The notes under the pieces are model-generated. The model made no database searches. It was given only the letters and a program-made list of their open reading frames with translations, and had not been told where the DNA came from. A DNA stretch of 64,000 nt from Azolla caroliniana (taxonomy: Eukaryota > Plantae > Polypodiophyta): the NCBI GenBank assembly GCA_043228905.1, contig JBHGNT010000005.1, forward strand, positions 22,134,001 through 22,198,000, in the 5' to 3' direction. Made by a program: the position numbers and the translations under genes. Shown piece after piece: positions 23,801 to 36,960 of this stretch (its first letter is position 1; each line of letters opens with the position of its first letter).

Positions 23801-24302
23801 AGGTGTGTCCTATGCAGGCAGGATCTCGTAAACTGGGGTCCGACGCAACCCCTCTGATCCGGGACTCGCTGCCCTCCGGTAAGGGTGCCGCGACTGGCCT
23901 TACCTTCCGGTCCACAGCCTTGTACTTTGTGCTAACTCGGGGCGTTCGATCCGACCCGAGCCCCCGACTGAAGTTCGCGACGACTTCGTACATCTCTTCG
24001 GAACATACCAGTATCGTCCGGTCTTCGTTAAGGTCTTCTCCGGCTACCTTCCTCAGCATCCGCAAGGTGTCGTCGAAGGAGACCGCCTCCACGGCTCCGC
24101 TGATTTCCTCGTCCAGGCCGAGAACTCCGCACGCTCAAAGTCGCTCTTCCGCCCTTGTCTTTTCTCGGCCAACGATGCTGACTATCATACACCCTCCGTT
24201 GTCGGAGAAGCAAAATCTCCTACCTATCGTTCAATCGTGGGGTCTTTCCCGAGTGTCCGGACTGTCTCGGCCCCACGCCTTGGCAGCCCTCTCTAAAAAT
24301 CC
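20874..24302 (-). pseudogene. E4 pol (RT-RNase H-integrase), near intact
   Basis: ORFs 21642-24092 (816 aa) and 20874-21626 are in frame, separated by one stop; a 10-bp duplication lies near the C-terminus. Confidence 0.95.
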
Positions 24303-24394
24303 TCCCGGTTCTCGCCACCGAGGGATTCGCGGTTTCTCTCGTGGTTCGGCCGCACCGTCAGAAATTGGACCGAATGGCGCCCGTCCTGGCTTTT

Positions 24395-27300
24395 TGTTAG
24401 AAATTGACGCTCTCAAAACCTTCGTCTCTCGGCCACAACCGAGGAAACACGAATCAATGCAGCAGTAAATCGAAAACACAGAGAGAGAGACTCGAATGCA
24501 CAGGGTTTAACGTGGAAAACCCTAGACGGGAAAAAACCACGGGAGTGCAAGACTCCAACTATCACTATACGCAGGGAATGTACAATGGCGAGCTGCAAGG
24601 CGACGACCTTGAGCTCGCTGTCCTCGCCACAGGCGGCGGTATTACACAGAGGCGTCGACCTCTTCCTTTCTCTCTCTCTCTCACTCTCTCTAAGTGGAAA
24701 ACAAAAAAGAGCATCAACCACAAAACTGTTTGCCCTAAGTCATATTTATACACATATGACTTTCGGGCTATTTACAAATATAGCCTCAAGGGCCCTTGGC
24801 AAACATATTCACAAACATGTCCCCGCATCCGGATCTCTCTCCGGGTACATTCGTCGTCCGGCTCTGTAGCCGGGGTCTTCATCATCCGGCTCCGATACCG
24901 GGTACTCCTCATTCGGGTCTTCATTCCCGATTCCCGGACATCCGACCATCCCATCCGGAGGGACCGTAATCCCAACAAACTCCCACTTCACTTCGGCATG
25001 GGATGTCTTTCCAGTCCGACCCTCTTCCGGCACGCTTCCAGCTTGTCGGGTGTGAGCACTTTGGTCAGCATATCTGACCCGTTCTCGTCCGTGTGGATCT
25101 TCGTCAGCACGAACACCTGGTCTTCTATCCTTTCCCAGATCCAGTGATATCTTCGCTGGATGTGCTTCGTCCGGGAGTGGTAGGCCGCGTTCTTCGCAAG
25201 GTGGATGGCATTCTGACTGTCGCAGTAGAGTCGGTACTCCTCCTGCCGGATACCGAGCTCTCTAATGAAGTCCTTCATCCATATCATTTCCTTGCCGGCT
25301 TCAACAGCCGCCATGTACTCCGCCTCCGTGGTTGATAGCGCAACCGTCTTCTGCAGCCTCGACTGCCACGAAACAGCTCCCCCTGCATACGTCATCACAT
25401 ACCCTGATGTGGACCGGCTGGTATCTGCATCAGCCGACATATCCGAATCGGCAAAGCCGTCGAGTTCGGGCTTACCGGAGCCGAATCGGAGGCACACGTT
25501 TGCCGTGCCCTTCAGGTATCGGAGTATCCACTTGGCCGCGTTCCAGTGCTCTTTGCCGGGATTGCTCATGTACCGGCTCACCACTCCGACTGCATATCCT
25601 ATGTCCGGTCTTGTACACACCATTGCGTACATCAAGCTTCCGACGGCAGAGGCATATGGTACTTTCATCATGTCCTCCTTCTCAGCCTTTGTCTTGGGGC
25701 TTTGTTTGCTGGACAACTTGCAGTTTGCCGGGAGGGTTGACCCGACCGGTCTTGCTTCCGACATGTTGAACCGATGAAGCACCTTTGTCACGTACTTCTC
25801 CTGTGACAGCCACAACTGCTTCTTCTTCCGGTCCCGGATGATGTGCATCCCTAGTATTTGCCTCGCCGGACCCATGTCCTTCATTGAGAAGGTTCGGTGA
25901 AGCGCTTTCTTCAGCATCCGTATCTTGACCTGGTCCCGTCCGACGATCAACATGTCGTCCACGTACAGGAGGAGTATTAGAAAGTCTCCTCCTTCGAACT
26001 TCTTCACAAACACGCAATGATCGGACTGCGTTTTGTGGTACCCTTCGTCGGTCATGAAAGAGTCGAACTTCCGGTACCATTGCCGGGGAGCCTGCTTCAG
26101 TCCGTAAAGGCTCTTCTTCAACCGGCATACCAAGTGCTCCTTCCCTTTCTTCTCGAATCCTTCCGGTTGCTGCATGTAGATCTCTTCTTCGAGTTCACCG
26201 TGAAGGAATGCCGTCTTCACGTCCATCTGTTCTACCTCGAGGTCCATGCTTGCCGCTATGCTCAGCACCGTCCGGATGGAGGTCATCTTCACTACCGGGG
26301 CAAATATCTCGTCGAAGTCGACGCCCTTCTTCTGCTGGAACCCCTTCACCACGATCCTGGCTTTGTATCTCGGGGGGTTTCCGGCATCTCCCGGTTTCAG
26401 CTTGAACACCCACTTGTTTCGAAGTGCCCGCTTTCCTTTCGGCAACTCCACAAGTTCATATGTGTGGTTCTCATGCAGGGAATCCATCTCCTCCTGCATG
26501 GCACTTAACCACCTGCGGCTATGGCTGTCAAGCTTTGCTTCTTCAAAACTCTCCGGCTCCCCTTCCTCGGTTAGCAGCACGTGCTCTGGTTCCGGAAATC
26601 TCCGGGGGGCCCTTCTCTCTCTTAGAGGATATCTCCGTTCCGGAGCTTCGGTAACCGGCTCCTCCGTTTCCTCTTCATCCGAATCCATTTCGGGATCGGG
26701 GCCGGTTCCGGTATCAGTTTCATCTTCCTCGGCCGGTTCTGTTTCTTCACCGTCTTCGGCCGGATCCTCGAGTGCTAACCGGTCCCTTTCCGGTCGGGAC
26801 TGCTCCTCGTAGAGTTGATCCTCACTGGTCGACTTGGAGCTCTTCATCTTCTTCTCCGACTCCCAGTCGGCGAGTGTCTTGTCCTCCATGAAGATGATAT
26901 CACGACTCCGGAATATCCTTTTGTCGACCGGGTCCCATACACGGTAGCTGAACTCGTCATCGCCGTAACCGAGGAATATGCATGGCCGGGTCTTTGGATC
27001 TAGCTTTCCTCTCCGGTCCTTTGCCACATGCACATATGCGAGACACCCGAACACCTTCAGATGCCGGTAGGATACTTCCCTACCGGTCCACACTCTCTGC
27101 GGCGTGTCTCCGTCCAAAGGTATTGAGGGTGATCTGTTTATCACGTATATCGCCGTCGACATTGCCTCAGCCCAAAACCCCTTGGGTAATTTCGCATGCG
27201 CCAGCATACTCCGGACCCTCTCCATTATGGTCCGGTTCATCCTCTCGGCCAGCCCGTTCAGATTCGGCGTCTTCGGCACAGTAAACTCGAGCCGGATTCC

Positions 27301-29884
27301 CTTCGAGCGACAATACTCCTCGAACTACCCTCGGGCATGCGCCAGCATACTCCGGACCCTCTCCATTATGGTCCGGTTCATCCTCTCGGCCAGCCCGTTC
27401 AGATTCGGCGTCTTCGACACAGTAAACTCGAGCCGGATTCCCTTCGATCGACAATACTCCTCGAACTGCCCTTGGTATTCCCCTCCGTTATCCGCTCGTA
27501 TCGCTTTCAGCTTCTTGCCGGATTCCCTTTCCACTCTTGCGTGGAGTTCTTTGAAGACGCACAACACTTGGTCCTTTGTCTTCAACAGTGCCGTCCACAG
27601 CTTCCGGCTGTGGTCATCAATGAATGTCACGAAGTACTGGGCTCCGCCATGTGACTTTGTTTCTACTTGACACACGTCAGTGTGCACCAACTCCAATGGT
27701 GCGCTACGTCTCGTCGGTGGCCTTGAGTGGAAGGAGGTTCGGTTTTGCTTACCGGCCAGGCAATCGGTGCACTTCTCCAGGTGCACATGCTTCACTGGAA
27801 TAAGGTTGTCTTCTGCAAGCCTCTTCATCCCCTTCTCACTCATGTGGCACAGTCTCTTGTGCCACAGCTCACCGGCAGTGTCGGCTGCCACGTTCAACTC
27901 CTCCGGACACAACCAGGCATTCATAAGGTACAGTGTGTTGACTTTCCGGGCCCGAGCCACTATCAGGCTCCCCTTGCTGAACTTCATTACGCCGTTCCGG
28001 ATGCTACCTGTGTAGCCTTCATCGTCTAGCCTCCCGGCCGAAATCAGGTTCAATCGAACCTCCGGAACGTGTCGGACATCCTTCAGCAACATTTTGCATC
28101 CAGTCGAGGTTGTCAACCACACGTCTCCTATGCCGGCAATCCGGCACGTACCTTCATTTCCCATCCGAACACAGCCATGATCACCGACTGTGTAGGATGA
28201 GAAGTATCTTCTTTTCGGGGTCAGGTGGAACGACGCTCCGGAATTGACCACCCAGGTAGTCTCATCGCCGGCAATGTTTAGTTCACCTTCTTCGGTGATG
28301 AGCATGATCTCCTCTTCACTTGCCGCGAGTGCCGTCGTTCCTTTCCGGTCCTGCTCTCGCCGATCCGAACCATTCCGGTCCGTGGCTCCCCGGTAAGCAC
28401 CGTTCCGTTCCGAAGACTTCTTCGAATCGGTGTCGTCGGCTCCGTTGTCTTTTCGGTAATGCCGACAATTCTTTCGGAAGTGCCCCGGCTTCCCACAGTG
28501 GAAGCATGTGGGCCTTCCTCTTGACTGCGACCGGGTCCCCGACTTCTCCCGTCTTTGCGGACTCCGGTTCCGTTGTCTTCCCCGATCCGATTCAGTAAGC
28601 AGCATCTTCGGATCGGAGGCCGGTTCTTTATCTCTCCGACGCGCTTCTTCGTTCAAAATGCTTGTCTTTACCGTTTGTAGAGACAAGTTATCTTCGGTGC
28701 TGAGAGTCACCACCAAGTTCTCCCAGCTTGCCGGCAATGTACACATCAGGATGATGGCTTGCATTGCATCCTCCAACGGGAACTTGATCGCCGCAAGCTG
28801 GTTCACGAATCCCATGAACGTGTTCCACCATACTCTCGCCGTCCCGGTACTTGAGGTTCACTATCTTCCTCATCAGGGAGGTCCGGTTCAACGCATTCTT
28901 CCTCTCGTAGTTCTCCCGACGCGCTTCTTCGTTCAAAATGCTTGTCTTTACCGTTTGTAGAGACAAGTTATCTTCGGTGCTGAGAGTCACCACCAAGTTC
29001 TCCCAGCTTCTACCACATCTCATATGCGTTGGTGTCGTTCGCCACATGTTGTAGAACGCTCACGTCGACGTATTGCCGAATGGTTGCAACGGCTTTCCGG
29101 TTCAGAAGCCTCCATTCCGTCTCAAGTACCCCCTTGGGTATTTCCGACCTGTCGATCGGTTCATACAGGTCCCGAACAATGAGCAGATCCTCCATCTTTA
29201 TCTTCCAGTCGGCGTAGTTCTGCGCATTCAGCACTATCATCCCCGGCTGCCCGCTGCTGCCGCCTTCCATTTTCTGCACTGCAGTCGCTCTGATACCAGA
29301 TTGTTAGAAATTGACGCTCTCAAAACCTTCTTCTCTCGGCCACAACCGAGGAAACACGAATTAATGCAGCAGTAAATCGAAAACACAGAGAGAGAGACTC
29401 GAATGCACAGGGTTTAACGTGGAAAACCCTAGACGGGAAAAAACCACGGGAGTGCAAGACTCCAACTATCACTATACGCAGGGAATGTACAATGGCGAGC
29501 TGCAAGGCGACGACCTTGAGCTCGCTGTCCTCGCCAAAGGCGGCGGTATTACACAGAGGCATCGACCTCTTCCTTTCTCTCTCTCTCTCACTCTCTCTAA
29601 GTGGAAAACAAAAAAGAGCATCAACCACAAAACTGTTTGCCCTAAGTCATATTTATACACATATGACTTTCGGGCTATTTACAAATATAGCCTCAAGGGC
29701 CCTTGGCAAACATATTCACAAACATGTCCCTGCATCCGGATCTCTCTCCGGGTACATTCGTCGTCCGGCTCCGTAGCCGGGGTCTTCATCATCCGGCTCC
29801 GATACCGGGTACTCCTCATTCGGGTCTTCATTCCCAATTCCCGGACATCCGACCATCCCATCCGGAGGGACCGTAATCCCAACA
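24395..29884 (-). mobile_element. C1: full-length Copia (Tnt1/Tork-like) inserted into the E4 protease
   Basis: 583-bp LTRs at 24395-24977 and 29302-29884 (about 7 differences by eye), tRNA-iMet PBS 29287-29298, PPT next to 24978, TSD CTTTT. Confidence 0.96.
24988..29279 (-). pseudogene. C1 Gag-Pol polyprotein (gag-PR-IN-RT-RH) broken by duplications and stops
   Basis: ORFs 29010-29279, 27325-28815 and 24988-27279 contain CFHCGKPGHFRKNC, IRADNGGEY, QMDVKTAFLHG, LYVDDM and AVSWQSRLQKTVALSTTEAEY. Confidence 0.95.
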
Positions 29885-31900
29885 CTTTTGACCCTCGCGT
29901 AGGCCGACCCGTTGTCTAGCACTTTGGTCTCCATCCGCGCCGCCGTGATGTATGGTTCACCTAATATGACCGGGTGCGAGGACGTCGCCGATCTTGACTC
30001 GCACGTTCGGGCAGGCCCCATGCAGTTCCTCGGTGGCGCGCGTCGACGCCCGTATCTTCCACCCGTGCTTGGTGTTGATCGGCCACTTCCCCTTCTTATA
30101 GAAGTCCATGGACATCAGGTTTATTTCCGAACCGTGGTCCACCAACGCCACCACCGGTTCCTAAACATCTCCGATCTTTACCGGGGTCTCCGTGGTCGCT
30201 CGGGCCCAGTGTGGCCTCAAATAGTGGCTCTCCGCCCACTCATCTGCCAGCGCCGAGTCGTCGATGTGCGTCGTCCGCACCTCTACCGGTCTTTCCGGAT
30301 CCGTCTCCGTCGACAGCCTCTTCCGTTTCACCAAGTCTACAATGGAGTCATGGAACTCCTTCTTGGCGATCCCTAACACCTCTCGCAATGACAGCTCCAC
30401 TTTGCTGTCGAGGATCCGTTCTTCTAGGACCTTTCGTAGGTCCGTAGTCCTTTCTATCTCCGTCCCCAGTCGGTATCCGCCCTTCCTGGGGTTGTCTTGC
30501 GAGCTCGACCCACCGGCATCGTTCCGTCGTTGCCCGAATCGGGTCTCGTACCGTTGTGAGGGCCCGGCCGCTCCGGCTTTCCCCACTCGCTTGTCTTCTA
30601 CCAGAGCCTCGTAGTTCCGGCAGGCGGCTTCTACGAAGCCCGTCTTTTCCTCGACCAGATCGCTCCACCCGGTTATTTCCCGGACCCGTCTCTCAGCACG
30701 GTCCGTTTCGTCTTTCCTTGGCCGTGCACCGGCAAGACCTTCCAGCATTGCCGACCAGAATCCGTCTTTGCCCTCCTTTCGGGCCTCGCTGCCCCCGACC
30801 CGAATGCCGGCCGACGCCGAGTAGTGGATGGCCTCCACGTGTCGGGCCGTTGCCTCTTCCATCAGTCTCTTCATACCTCCTCGTCCGTCGTTTCGGTTTA
30901 GGGCCCTTCTGGTGTCGCTGGCGTGCACCCGGCCTTCCCACAGGTACACCACCCGGCTCCTCAACGCTTCTGCGAAATCGTCGCAGTCCTTCCGGATGTG
31001 GTCGACCTCGTCGCACCACATGCACCTGTTCCCTACTGTCGGCCGTCGGTCACGAGCCGGTTCTCCGCCTTCCCTTCGAGTCTGGGTGATCTGGAGATCC
31101 TTTATCGCCCGCGTCAACTCCTCCAGCGCTGCTCCTCCAGACGAGCTATTGACCATGCCGGTCGAAGCTGAACCGATTTCGAGCCATTCCCGGGTTTCTT
31201 CCCTTCGTACTTGCGGCGCCGGTTCAAGCCTCCTTGTCGTAACAGAGCCCGCACCGGCCGCCCCGTTGTCAGCCCATTCTCGCCGTTTGTCGAAACGGCC
31301 ACAAACTCTCTTAACCGCAGCCCAGTCGGTTGTCAACCCGTCTTCGGTTTCCAGCAAGGAGCCGACTTGATCCCGGTCCCGCTCGTCCACCGACTTGACG
31401 AACAGCAGGACCCGGCTCGTATCCAGGATAGTTCGGTCAAGCGCCGAAAGGCGCGCAAAGCGTTCTTCGAACTCCCGGAGGAGTGCAGACGCGTTTCTTC
31501 CTTTGCCGGAGGACTCCACCCATTCCATGAAGTCCCATTTCGAAAGCCGGAGCGCATCGTCTAGCCCATATTTCTCTAGGAGTCGGCCTTCGAACTCCTC
31601 CCAGGTACGGCTCTCCGCCCGTACCTCGAGCACCTCCGCATGGATGCTCGGCATCGCCACTCGAGGGAACCCGGCAAGACGCCTCTCTTCCGGAATGTCC
31701 CGCATCAGCATTTCCGCCCCGTAGGACGCCAAATACTTCGTAGCATCCTTTCCGCTGAAACGGCCGATCGTACCAACAACCGCCTCAATGGCTCTGTCGA
31801 GGGCGCCGGTGCCCTCGCGTGTGCTCAATATCCGATCCACGGCCGAGGCCATGGCCTCCACAAGATCCGACCCCCTCATCTTCTGCTCTTCTGCCGCCTC
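29885..31900 (-). pseudogene. E4 gag-protease
   Basis: Gag is open down to the stop at 30161-30163 (CMWCDEVDHIRKDC); the protease ORF 29957-30154 carries a deletion. Confidence 0.92.
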
Positions 31901-32861
31901 TTTCACGTCGGGTTCACCAAAGATGTCGAGGTATCCCTCGCGGATGCGTGGAATGAGGCGGGACCTCGAGGGTCCTGTACCGAAGAGCAAGAGAGAAAAG
32001 GAGAGGGGAAGAGACCCACAAGGTGCGAGCGTAGATTCACAGGGACACGGCCCTTCGACACAGAGACGCGAGTGCGACAACGACACAGAGAGACACGAAT
32101 GTATGTAGAAATATATATAAACAAGATAGACAACAAGCACGAAGTCGGTTACAACCGAACAGGCCGGCGAACTGATGCCGATACCTGTTCGTAAATGCTC
32201 AGAAAGGAAGGAGTAGGTTGGAGGTGCTGCCGGAAGCACTCGGGCATTCCTCAGAGCAGCGCGAGCCTCCCGAAACCTGCACAGATGGAAGCTATGGAGT
32301 ATGCGAACCAGAGAGAGGGAGAGAGAAGCCTTCGCACCCAATCCGACAGCACCTCGTCCTCGACTCCCCGCGATCCTTTTATAGGCAAGGAAGGAGCCGT
32401 TTCCCCTTTACTCCCTACCTACCGAATCTACCTAGGATCTCCTATGTACAACTTAAGGCGCATGTGCACGAAGAGTCGGTTTCTACGCTCCGGTGCACGG
32501 ATTCCGCTCGTGGACGGTTTTCTTCACGACAACGGGCATTCCTCGAAGCAGCGCGAGCCTCCCCAAAACTTGCAGAGAAGAGCAATAGAGAACAAACAGA
32601 GGAGAAGAGTTCGGTTACGGTCCGACAGCAGTTCGTCCTCCTCAATGCGCGATCCCCTTTCTCCCCGCGTCTCCCTCTCTTTTATAGCTTCAAGAAGGGA
32701 GCCGTTTTTCTCATTAACTTCCTACTTACCGAATCTAACTACCTGCGATGTACCTTTGTACCCAATCCTCTATTATATACATTAAAGGGCGCACACGCGT
32801 GAAGAGCCGGTTCGCGCACGCCATACACCGATTGCGCGAAGGGACGGTTTTCTTCACGACA

Positions 32862-35741
32862 ACGGGAAGGCTTTCGCATTCTCACCGCAGGAGATTGGGT
32901 GCGCAGACCCGACAGTTGTCGAACCGATGGTGATCTTCACGGTACCGCATGTACCGTGGAATCTCAAGCCGATTCCGGTTCCGAGAGCTCACATCCCGAA
33001 GTTGATGGAGCTCCTGAAGCAAAAGGTGGAGATGAGCATCCTCGAACCGTCGAGTGCCCCGTATTCGAATCGGTGGTTTACGGTGTCGAAGAAGAACGGC
33101 ACGTTGCGCTTCATTCAAGACCTGCAGCCGGTCAACAAGGTGACCATCCGTAATGCAGGAATTGGACCGACCATAGATGAGTTCTCGGAGGCCTTCGCTG
33201 GAAGGTCGATCTATTCTGTCGGTGATTTGTACTCGGGGTACGATCAGTTCCAACTAGCCGTGGAGAGCAGAGACATTACGACGATGCGGACTCCTCCCGT
33301 CCTAGTGCGGATGTGTACCCTGCTACAAGGACGGACGAACTCAGTGGCTCACATGGTGAACGCGATGAACAAAGTGCTCAGGGATTGTATCCCGGACATC
33401 ACCATGCCATTCTTAGACGATATCCCGATCAGGGGATGCCCGGTGGAGAAAAAGGACGAGGCAATCGGGCCGGACGGATGTCGGAATTTCGTGGCATCCC
33501 ACATCAATGACTGCGAGAAGGTGCTGTAGAGACTAGAAGGCGCAAGGCTCACGTTCTCCGGGGAAAAGTCGGCCTTCGGGCAATCAGAGATCATAGTCGT
33601 TGGGCACCTATGCAGACCATACGGTCGGAAACTGTCTCCAGCCAAGGTGGAAGCCATCTCCGCGATGAAGCATGACTGCGATTCGGTCACGGAGGTTCGC
33701 AGATTTTTGGGAGCATGCGCGTTCTGCCACATCTGGATCCCGCATTACGCACATGTCGCAGAACCCCTCTACGGACTATTGAAAAAGGGGCGTAGCTTTG
33801 ACTGGAGGACGGAGCACACGGAGTCGGTACAGAGACTAAAGGAGGCGCTTACGGTAGCGTCGACTCTCCGTAAAGCAGTTTATGGCAAGGATGTTCCCAT
33901 CTGCATGACGGTGGACACCAGCCCGACCGGGATCGGGTGGGTAATCAGTCAGGAGGACAATGACGGCGTACGATTCCCGATCCGGTTCGCGGCAAAGGTA
34001 TTGAGCGAGCGGTAGCGAGGATACACCCAAGTTAAGCGCGAGCTTTGGGGTGTCGTTTCGGCAATCAAGGCCGACAAGGATTATTTGATCGGGACGGAAG
34101 TGATCATCGAGACGGACTACCTGCCGATACTCGGCATGGTTTCCGGATGCGCGACGCCGGACCTAGCAATGCGCCGGTGGATAGCGTACATTAAGTCCTT
34201 GAACCCAGAGATACAACACATCTCCGGAAAGGACAACACCATGTCCGACATGCTTTCGAGGGCAAGGTTCAACGACGAAGACGGCATGGTTTCGGATGAC
34301 GAAGAAGTCGGTGAGGACTTCTTCGGGTCGGCTAACGTAACGACGAGGAAAAGGAACACTCCGGCGCTTAATGAATTTTGATGAAAGCAGGTACGACGGG
34401 GAGTGGCTCCAAATCGGGAGGTTCCTACGGATGATGACGCCGGACGCAGCATGGGCGAGAGAGGAGGCAAGCCGGGTACAGAAGAAGGCGTACCGATTCT
34501 TCCTGCGGGACAGGTGCATATGGAGGCATCCAAAGAAGAGAAGCGGCATCCCACTCCGAGTAGTGGCAAAGAAAGAAGAACAGGGGAAACTACTGGCGGC
34601 ATTTCACGAGAGCCCCTAGGCCGGACACCGCGGAACGTGGGCCACGTTCGAGAAGTTGAAGGAGAAGTACTGGTGGCCGGGGTTGTACCAGGACGTGCAT
34701 TGGTTCGTAACGACTTGTGAAAGCTGTCAGATGCACTCCGTAGTCTGACACCGGGACGAGCTACACCCGACCTACCTGCCTGCGGTCCATTTCAAGTGGA
34801 TGGCGGACTTGGTGACGATGCCGATGGGGGTAGGACAGATGCGATACCTGGTGCTTGCACGGGAAGACTTAACGAACCAGGTGGAAGGCCGTGCACTGCA
34901 AAGCAAGACAACCGCGGCGGTATGCCGGTTCTTGATCGAAGAAGTAGTGTGTCGGTACGGGTGCGTCGGGAGGATTTGTGGCAGAACGGGGAGAGTTGGA
35001 TGCGGGGGAGGCTAAGGAGCTGTTCGACCAGCTAGGTGTCAAACTCTCCCACACTACGGCGTACAATCCGGAGGCGAACGGAAAGGTGGAACGTGGGCAC
35101 GGGCCGATCGTAAAGGCGTTGGTGCATGCATGTGGAGGGCAGGTCGGGAATTGGCCGCGACTCCTTCCTTACGCGCTATGGGCGGACCGAATTACGCACA
35201 GTTCGGTGACAGGTTTATGTCGGCAGAGCTGATGTATGGACAGAAGCCGATCATGCCGGTGGAATGGACGGTTTCTTCATGGGCGGCGGTAGATTGGAAG
35301 GACGAAATGAGCCGGGAGGAGTTGTTGGCGGCGCGGATTTGGCAACTCGAGTGGAGGCCGGAGGACGTGATACAGGCGAAGGAAAAGCTGCAAGCGGCAA
35401 GGGAGCGGAACAAGACCAGGTTCAACCGGACGCACCGGTTGCGACCAAAGAAGATCGAGGAAGGCGACTGGGTCTTGGGATACGACAACAGCCTCGACAA
35501 TCAGCACAAGGCGGTGCGAAAGTTCACTAGGAGATGGTTCGGGCCCTACACGGTGACGAGCGCGAACGACAACGGCGCGTACCACCTCGCGAAACTCAAC
35601 GGTACACGGTTAGCGGTGCCGGTGGCCGGGAAGCGGATCAAAGAGTTCCAAAAGCGGTTCGAAGACGAGCTGGAGCTGGCGAGCGAGAGTAACGACGACG
35701 ATCAGTTCGGGTCCGGCGGAGAATCAGAGAACGACAAGTGA
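32862..35741 (+). pseudogene. E2 RT-RNase H-integrase (stops and frameshifts)
   Basis: ORF fragments 32927-33529, 33647-34015, 34085-34381, 34978-35232 and 35130-35741 are collinear with E4 pol. Confidence 0.93.
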
Positions 35742-35810
35742 AGCCGGTTTTCTTCGGTGTCTACCTGTCTCTGGCGCATGCCGGTGGATGCGCGGTTTGG
35801 TGGGGGTGGA

Positions 35811-36506
35811 TGTCGTGAAGAAAACCGGCCATAGGCGGAATCGAAGAAAAAGGCGCATGAACCGGCTCTTACACGGGTGGACGCGAGGATTGATATATTG
35901 TACATAATTCGTAATTAGGGCGACTGGTGTAAATACTAGATAGTGCACATTTATTAGGGGATTTTATGCGTATCTCTATCTACAGGGACAGGGAATAAAG
36001 CAGTTGGCTAAGGAAAAGGGGGCACCACTTTTGGGGAACTATTTAAGGAGGGAGAGAAGGAAGGAAAGATATTGCGCGTTAAGGAGGACGAAGTGCTGCA
36101 GGACCGAGAGCCGAACTCTCTCTCCTCCTCCGACCGTCATTATCTGTGGGTGTCGGGAGTTCGCTGCCTCTACTTCGTGGACAGCCTGTGTGCTTCCAAC
36201 AGAGGCTCTCCCTTCTACGTTTTCGGGGTCTAGTGTGTTCCGTCTGTGTGTGTGAGTAGCGTCCCTGTGTCGGGTCCATCGCCGGCTCGCCAGGTGTAAC
36301 CGTCAGAGTTTGTAATCTCTTGATATTGTAATCGACTATTATTGTAATTAAGGGTTCCGTCCGTTCTCATCCTCTCGCTTCCGCGTATATGCAAATCTGT
36401 GTGTGTGTGTGTGTGTGTGTGCTTGCATCTCTCTCTCTCTCGCTCCTTGGTTCAAGGCCCCCGTGGTCCCGCCTCTTTCTCCACGCACGCGCGTAACAAC
36501 ACGACA
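35811..36506 (+). repeat. E2 3' LTR
   Basis: TGTCGTGAAG...ACGACA; matches 5826-6517. Confidence 0.95.
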
Positions 36507-36770
36507 ACGCGACGAAGAACATGGGCTTGACAAGAGACATGGATATGTTCACAGTGATCGTGAAGAGGCATTCAATGAAGAAGAAGGTTTTGAAGAGAGA
36601 GATCGAGATCGACATGCCTATGGTCGTTACGAGGATCATTGAAAACTCGACAAAGGAGAAACATGTGACAAAGAACGCGATCTTGAAGGGAGAGATTATT
36701 ATTGTCATCATGAAGATCATTGCAAACGCAAGAGAAGAGAGATATGCACTGAAGAAGGATGTGATCACGA

Positions 36771-36960
36771 AGAGACATGGAACGAAGAACATACATTCGA
36801 GGGGAAAGACCAAGATACTCAAGGATGCAGTCGTGAAGAGACATGTGATGAAGAACGTGGGCTCAAGGGGAAAGACCAAGATACCCAGGGATGCAATCGT
36901 GAAGAGACATCAAACAAAGAACGTGGGCTTGAAGAGAAAGATCAAGATCTACACGATTAT
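36771..36960 (+). repeat. 66-bp degenerate tandem repeat in the E1 interior
   Basis: AGAGACAT..GAAC..GAAAGAYCAAGAT units start at 36771, 36837 and 36903; a related unit lies at 5750-5820. Confidence 0.75.

Larger units (their letters stand above)
20135..32531 (-). mobile_element. E4: Gypsy element inserted into the 5' LTR of E3
   Basis: 608-bp LTRs at 20135-20742 and 31924-32531, PBS 31903-31919, TSD GCGG/ACGG (one mismatch). Confidence 0.94.
9143..32861 (-). mobile_element. E3: Gypsy element inserted into E2 pol
   Basis: 3' LTR 9143-9794 with adjacent PPT; 5' LTR split into 19809-20134 and 32532-32861; PBS 19788-19804; TSD ACGG (9139-9142 and 32862-32865). Confidence 0.93.
5826..36506 (+). 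mobile_element. E2: Gypsy element (non-chromovirus), disrupted
   Basis: LTRs 5826-6517 and 35811-36506, TSD ACGC (5822-5825 and 36507-36510), PPT GGTGGGGGTGGA before 35811. Confidence 0.92.

Noticed and set aside
24404-25147. 247-aa ORF across the C1 LTR
   Set aside because: Antisense to the element, runs through a microsatellite, no recognisable domain.
31924-32341. Gag ORF extended 5' through the E4 LTR (726-aa ORF)
   Set aside because: The equivalent frame in E3 has a TAA just inside the LTR, so this is probably chance openness.
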